From contig CBFFRP010000291.1 in the NCBI GenBank assembly GCA_965644295.1, positions 1 through 64,000 of the forward strand: a stretch of 64,000 bases of DNA, in the 5' to 3' direction. The stretch is from Paraphysomonas bandaiensis. Taxonomy: Eukaryota > Protista > Chrysophyceae. The notes under the pieces were generated by a model that made no database searches, was not told the DNA's origin, and saw only the letters and a list, made by a program, of their open reading frames with translations. Below, piece by piece: positions 58,030-64,000 of this stretch (its first letter is position 1; each line of letters opens with the position of its first letter). The position numbers and the translations under genes are program-made.

Positions 58030-60702
58030 TCACAACATATGACTTTGGCCACTAATCACGCGTTTTCTCAGCATCAAGTTTTCATTTTCCAACTCTTTTA
58101 TACGATTGGACATCATTATCATCAATGCCTCGTTATGCGAACTTTCTTCTGCAGACCCTGCAGTGGTAACCGGATTAAGAGTATCTGACTTCTGAGGGGA
58201 ACTATACACAACGAGGTTGGATACAGATATCTCATGCGAAAGTGATCTCCGTCGAGGCTCGACGGAAGAGTCCTCGCTGCTCTGTTGCTGGTTCGTATCA
58301 GCTGTGTTATATATAGGCTGCGAGTCACCGTACATCCCAAGTGACACCTGTTCATCGGCAATTAATTGCTCTAATATAGTCCATATCCTAAATAAATCAT
58401 TAGCGATTGCTATCACTAAACGAATCACTTACGCAGATTCCAAGGTCAACATGTGCTTTATTCGACGCAAATGCGGCCAAGCTGCACGTCTGCCACGACT
58501 AGCAAATATCATGAGCTGATGGAGAACAAGCACGATGAAGCATGTGGTGTGAAATAAATCAAACGCATATATGGTTGACAGCAATTAACAGCAGTACTAT
58601 GACTGGTGTCACCTTATGTACGATTGCATATCTTTAACAGTCGGGTGCATGATGGCCTTCACACCTAGACTCTCTTCGACTTTCATATCCGGTACAATAG
58701 TCACATCACCATGATACTTCTGTTTGAACAAAGCGCTGATATCATGCCCGTAAAACTTTGGTAAAAGACCCATAGTAGCCAACACGAGAGATCTGAGTTG
58801 TAAAATATAAATCACATAAAGCGCATATACGAATACTACCTATGACGAAGATCCAGATCAATCGCGCTGAGCATTGAACGTACATACATCGAGTCTCTGC
58901 CAATAGTTTTAAGAGTCGACATATAATGGTATCAAACACACACCTAGGAAGAGACCCCGGGATCTTGTGTTCTATGAACGGCAGTACGTGAATGTTAACC
59001 TAGATGTACATTTTTTTGACGCATATAAGATTGCATAAGCACATTCACAACCTGCGAGACAATGAAATTCGAAACAGAGAAGAGAGTACTCATTCTTCTG
59101 AACGGCACATCCGCTTGCACAGACCCATCGATGAAGTCCACACCATCGACCTCAAAAGGAACAATAGAGCCATCTACAGCTTTACAGAGAAGCTTATTGG
59201 CTGCCATAATTCCCGGCCTAGATAGACACCATCAGAACATACCAATCAGCATTCGAACTCACAATACGTACAATGCACATGACGCTGCAACTGCACTGCG
59301 CAATAATACATGTGGAGTGCTCACGTGGTTCAGGAGCAGCTTTCTGGGTCCACTGCTTCCACTTGCAGCAGTAGTAACAGATATACAGACATGTTTATGC
59401 GTGATGGCATAAGCCTGCATTCACTTTTAACTACATACATTTTGCATAATGACATTTATCTCACCTCTTGGAAAGTCACATCACCCCAATAGAACTCACA
59501 TGTACGTTGGTACTCTTTATTATCTACCAGGAACCCGGTCTTGATGAAATTAATCGCTTGTCTCCACAAAGGTGGAAACCAAACAATACCATTTCGCTTC
59601 ATATCACCAGTCCGTTTATAGTCAGTACTTACATCATCCACAAGTACCTAACGGATAATTTTATTGAAATATGCTGCAAATACATATGCAGAAGGATACA
59701 CCAGTCTATATATGAGGGGCAGAAAAGATTTCAAAAAAGCACATCAATTAAATAGGTATACATGGCTCGAATGCTCCTTTGCCACCCACCTCATCCAAAA
59801 GCTGGGCTTCTGTCTTCACAGCGCACATAGCTACCGGAATAGACCCACCTGATGCTCCGGATACAACCCGTATCTACACAAAATTACAAGTCTTGCCAAG
59901 TAAAGCACTTGGCACCTACATGCTTGTAGTTCCCGCTCTCGATGAGGGCCCGTATGACACCCATGTGGTACATTGAGAGTGATCCACCACCACTCAAACA
60001 AAGAGCGGTATGACCTATATTTCTTGAAAGTTTTTGAAAGAATTCAATTTTCTCGTGGTTTGATAACTGATGTTGCTGGAGTGATTGAATGAACTCAAGA
60101 CATTTGATCACTTCCTCGTTAAAATTCTCCACAGAGGTTTTCGTACCCGTTAGACACCTCGCATGGAGCTCATAATTGTCAATCCCAAGGTGATTTCGTT
60201 TCACAATTCCAGGTAATTCATAGAGCAAAGCCTTGAAGTTTTCTTGTTCGCGGTGGTTCCGAAGCTTGTCAGTGGTTGCCACAAGCTTTGATAACTCCTC
60301 CATGTCATCTTGAATGTCTTTCCAATCCAAATTTCCTTCACACTCATCCACAGCAAGTGCACAAGAAAACCATTCACGATATGTAGTTGCTTGTCGCATC
60401 TTTCGTCGCCAATGCATTTCACTTCCAGTATTCGTAATATAACACACCGTCTTAACGATATTAATATAAAACTTTAATATAACTAACACAACCAAATCCA
60501 TCACAATCCTCACTGCTTGATACAACCCAAACAATGACTTGATAATAGCTATAATGAAACTAACTGCCAGCCATACAGCCCACTTCCATACATCTATGAT
60601 GCCGATGCATATGATGACTGACGTTATGCCGAAGATAAGACGACCAGTTGCATCGAGCATCTGCCAGCCATGAAGAAGCATGTTAAGGAATAGAGTGATC
60701 AT
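58030..60702 (-). CDS. Patatin-domain triacylglycerol lipase (SDP1/TGL3-4-5-like), multi-exon
   Basis: N-terminal TM segments, ATTYREW...DECEGNLDWK, TALCLSGGGSLSMYHMGV (oxyanion hole), GASGGS (GxSxG), FIDGSVQADVP (DG motif), FSVSNFIVSQVN, QKYHGDVTIVP. Confidence 0.9.
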
Positions 60703-60817
60703 GGTAAGAATGGGATTTATAAGTGGTATTGTATAGGGGGGTGCATAGGCTGATGTGAGGTGATGGGTAGCTATGGTACTCTATACGCTACCTGCCTGTC
60801 CAACAGAACCAACTCAT

Positions 60818-60909
60818 GTACATACATACATACATACATACATACATACATACATACATACATACATACATACATACATACATACATACATACATACATA
60901 CATACATAC
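60818..60909. repeat. (TACA)n microsatellite
   Basis: About 23 units between the divergent lipase and kinesin starts. Confidence 0.97.
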
Positions 60910-61274
60910 CTGCTGTACCTACCTAGAGTACCTACCTACCTCTCCCAACTGACATGGATGCATACCATACAGCAGTACCCAAGAACTGCTGTACCTACCT
61001 ACCTATACCGTACCTACAGCAGTATGTCAGCATCTTCATCTCGAATTTTTTTGTTTTGTGGTGAGGTATGCATATGCTGCATACATGCATCATCGTATAG
61101 TGCAGTACAGCCCTGCTGTGTGCTGGTGTGTGTGTGTGTTGGGTGTGCATGAGTTGAGTAGACACACTCAAATGTATATTAAACGATCGTCTACATTGCA
61201 CGACTGAATAACTGACACCCTCTGGCTATAAGCCGTATTGAGTTGTTCAATTTTTTCAGTCGTTACCTGTAGAG

Positions 61275-64000
61275 ATGTTACGTCGTGATGCCTCCACAAG
61301 GGAGAATGTTAAAGTTGTGTGTCGTGTGCGACCTGAAATAGCAAACGAAGTAGCAGCAGGAGGGACCACATGCGTTCGTTTAAATGATACAAATATTGAA
61401 GTTAATGTTGATGAAGGAACACATTCCTTTACATTTGATCGAATATTTGGACCGGATTCCAAACAAATGGATGTGTTTGAGTACTGTGCTGTTCCTCTTA
61501 TTAATGATGTGCTCAATGGATACAACGCTACAATATTTGCATGTAATACTCTATAACTGAAAGTTATTAACAATAATTGTGCTGTTTGTAGATGGTCAAA
61601 CATCTTCCGGTAAAACTTTTACAATGGAGGGCAGAGATATTCGCGATCCTTCGGCTAAAGGTATAATTCCTCGTACAGTGGAGGCTCTATTTGCCGGAGT
61701 AACAGAAGCTGATGAGAGCATAGAATTTTGCTTTAAAGCTAGTTATATTGAGATATATTGTGAAAAAGTGAGGGATTTGTTGGACAATCACAGCGTAAAG
61801 ACGAATCTTATGGTTCGAGAAGACAAGCAGAAGGGTATTTATATTGCTGGGGTCACAGAGGAATATGTGACTTCGGAGGATGAATTGTTGGGGATTATGT
61901 CGGCGGGTGCATTAAACCGTGCTGTGGCCGCCACAGGAATGAATGAAGGTTCCAGTAGGTCACACTCTGTCTTCTCCATTACCGTGACACAGCGTGATGT
62001 CAGTAACGCCACTACTAAATCAGGCAAGCTTGTACTAGTAGATTTGGCAGGTAGTGAGACAGTTCGCAAGACTCAGGCTTCGGGGCAGCAACTGGAGGAG
62101 GCCAAGACGATTAACAAATCTCTCTCTGCCCTGGGACAAGTGATATACGCTTTGACAGATGAGAAGACTACCCACGTGCCCTATCGTGACAGCAAGCTGA
62201 CTCGTATCCTTCAGGACAGTTTGGGAGGTAACTCTAAAACAGCGTTAATCATTAACTGCTCCCCTTCGAGCTTCAATGCTACAGAGACGGTCTCGACACT
62301 TCGATTCGGTACTCGAGCAAAGAGTATTACGAATAAGGTGATCAAGAACGAGACGCGTAGTGTGGAAGAGCTCGAGGAGTTACTACTCAAGGCCGAACGC
62401 GCTATCGATGCACAGCAGGCACAGATAATGGCACTCGCTGCTCAGCTACAGGCATATCAGAACGAGCAGGGTGCCCCCCCTGAAGGAAATGTTGCACGTA
62501 TGGAGACCGAGGCAGGGCTCATTGAAAAGTTACAGAGTACAGTACAATCTTTGCAGGTAAATAGAAGGAAACATCTGGGTTTATGTGCCACAAATTTGTG
62601 GATAGAATCGCTCATTCTATTCAGTTATTTATATTTTAATGTAGGCTAATTTCTTGTTTGTAGGCTGAGCTGGACGAGGAGCGTGAGGAATCTGCTCGAA
62701 AGGACAAAGAGAATGAGAAGCTGTCTGAAAAGTTGAGTGAGAAAGAAGCGGTGCTTATCGAGGCTGGAGGATTGATGCAGGATGCACAACACCTCTATGA
62801 AAATGCAAAGAGCAGGTAGCTGATGTACTTCATAGAGTGCTGCCTTCAATCTTCCCGTTCAAAATTAATTTGTTCCAATGATTAGGTGTGAGCAACTTGT
62901 AAGGGAGAAGGCTGATGCTTTTGGGGAAATTGAGAGTCTCAAATCTCAATTGGCAGATGATCGTGCTCGGTCGAATTTCGAAATTCAAGAGTTAGAAGTT
63001 ACCGTTGACACTTACAAAGCAGAGAATGAAAAGCTTCGTCAAGAAATTGCTGATATGAGTGGCGACGACATGCGTAACGAACGAGAGGATCGACTCCGCA
63101 AGGAAAGTGCGAATCAACGTACCGTGGAGGTTGCAACTCCCCCTCCCGTTGAGCGTGAGGCCACACCACCACCACCTCCGGTGCCCGAGAACGCTTCACA
63201 GCAACCCCTTCAGGCCCCACAGCTCAAACCCTACCAGAAGTCCCACAGGTCAGACAAACGCGGATCCGTTTTGGCGAGGGAGTTGGACATCGAGGGCAGG
63301 CATGCAAACACAACTCAAGCTTTAAATGCCCTTACCGACTTAGTGAACTCGATGGACATTCCACGTCAGGATGGGTCAGCCATTCTCCACTGGGCACATG
63401 CTTACGCGGAATCTACAGAGAAGTGGTTCGGCATCGCAGAAGAAAAATTTTCGGCGTTTGAGCGAGGCGGTATGGAGTTGGGTCGTCGCATTAAAGATCT
63501 CGAGGCCCAGCGTACTCGTCTAGAGAAGGACCTCGAAATTCGCACAGAGAAGGTTGTCAAGGGATTGACATTGTTTTGTTTTATCACGTGTGCGTGCAGG
63601 TTATGCAGCAGCAGTTGGAGATGGATATCATCCGCAATGAGTCAAGGTCTACAGCTGCTGCTGAGCTTATGGAGGGCCGCGAGCAGTACCAGAACAAATC
63701 TCTGCAGCAGCGCCTCGAGCAGCTTGTTGCCGTGCATAGACAGCTGCTGCGAAAGTTTGCTTCTCTAGAGCTTGAGAATAGCGAACTCCGAAAGAAGATT
63801 CTCTTGCGAGACGAACGCATCCGGCAGCTGGAGACGAATGCGAAAGGGCTGACTGCCAACTTGCGGCAACAGGCTGAGCGGCACATAACAGAACTCACTA
63901 ACCTAAGGGAGCAGATCCAGGTATGATTTCGCTAGTCGTATTTGTTTGTGGGAGTTGTGTATCTGCTCACTTTTTGATTTTTTACCTTGCATAGGAACTG
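61275..64000 (+). CDS. KHC: Kinesin-1 heavy chain (3' end beyond the window), multi-exon
   Basis: VKVVCRVRP, GYNATIFA/YGQTSSGKTFTMEG, SSRSH, LVDLAGSE, INKSLSALG, HVPYRDSKLTRILQDSLGGNSKT. Tail LEQLVAVHRQLL...RDERIRQLE is typical of kinesin-1. Confidence 0.93.

Overview
Eukaryotic nuclear DNA from a compact genome with very short GT-AG introns (mostly ~40-90 nt); gene content and style suggest a flagellated stramenopile protist (inference). Housekeeping genes: RPB2, DNAJC2/zuotin, AP-3 beta, a cAMP-receptor-like 7TM GPCR, CCDC13-like, Mpo1/DUF962-like, stomatin-like SLP-2, patatin-type TAG lipase and kinesin-1 (cut by the window end). The centre (22983-46428) is a ~23 kb quasi-palindrome. It holds two giant, almost intronless, head-to-head polycystin-1/REJ-like receptor genes with near-identical bodies but unrelated N-terminal heads (C-type lectin vs NHL-repeat propeller) on Pro/Thr/Ser tandem-repeat stalks. 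The flanking regions carry at least 7 copies of a non-coding retroposon family with a fixed 5' end (CCCTCAAC), variable-length target-site duplications, an HDV-ribozyme-like 5' fold and a GNRA 3' hairpin. Also present: a Gag-like fragment, (TACA)n microsatellites in divergent promoters and several exact tandem duplications. All calls come from reading the sequence; no searches were run.
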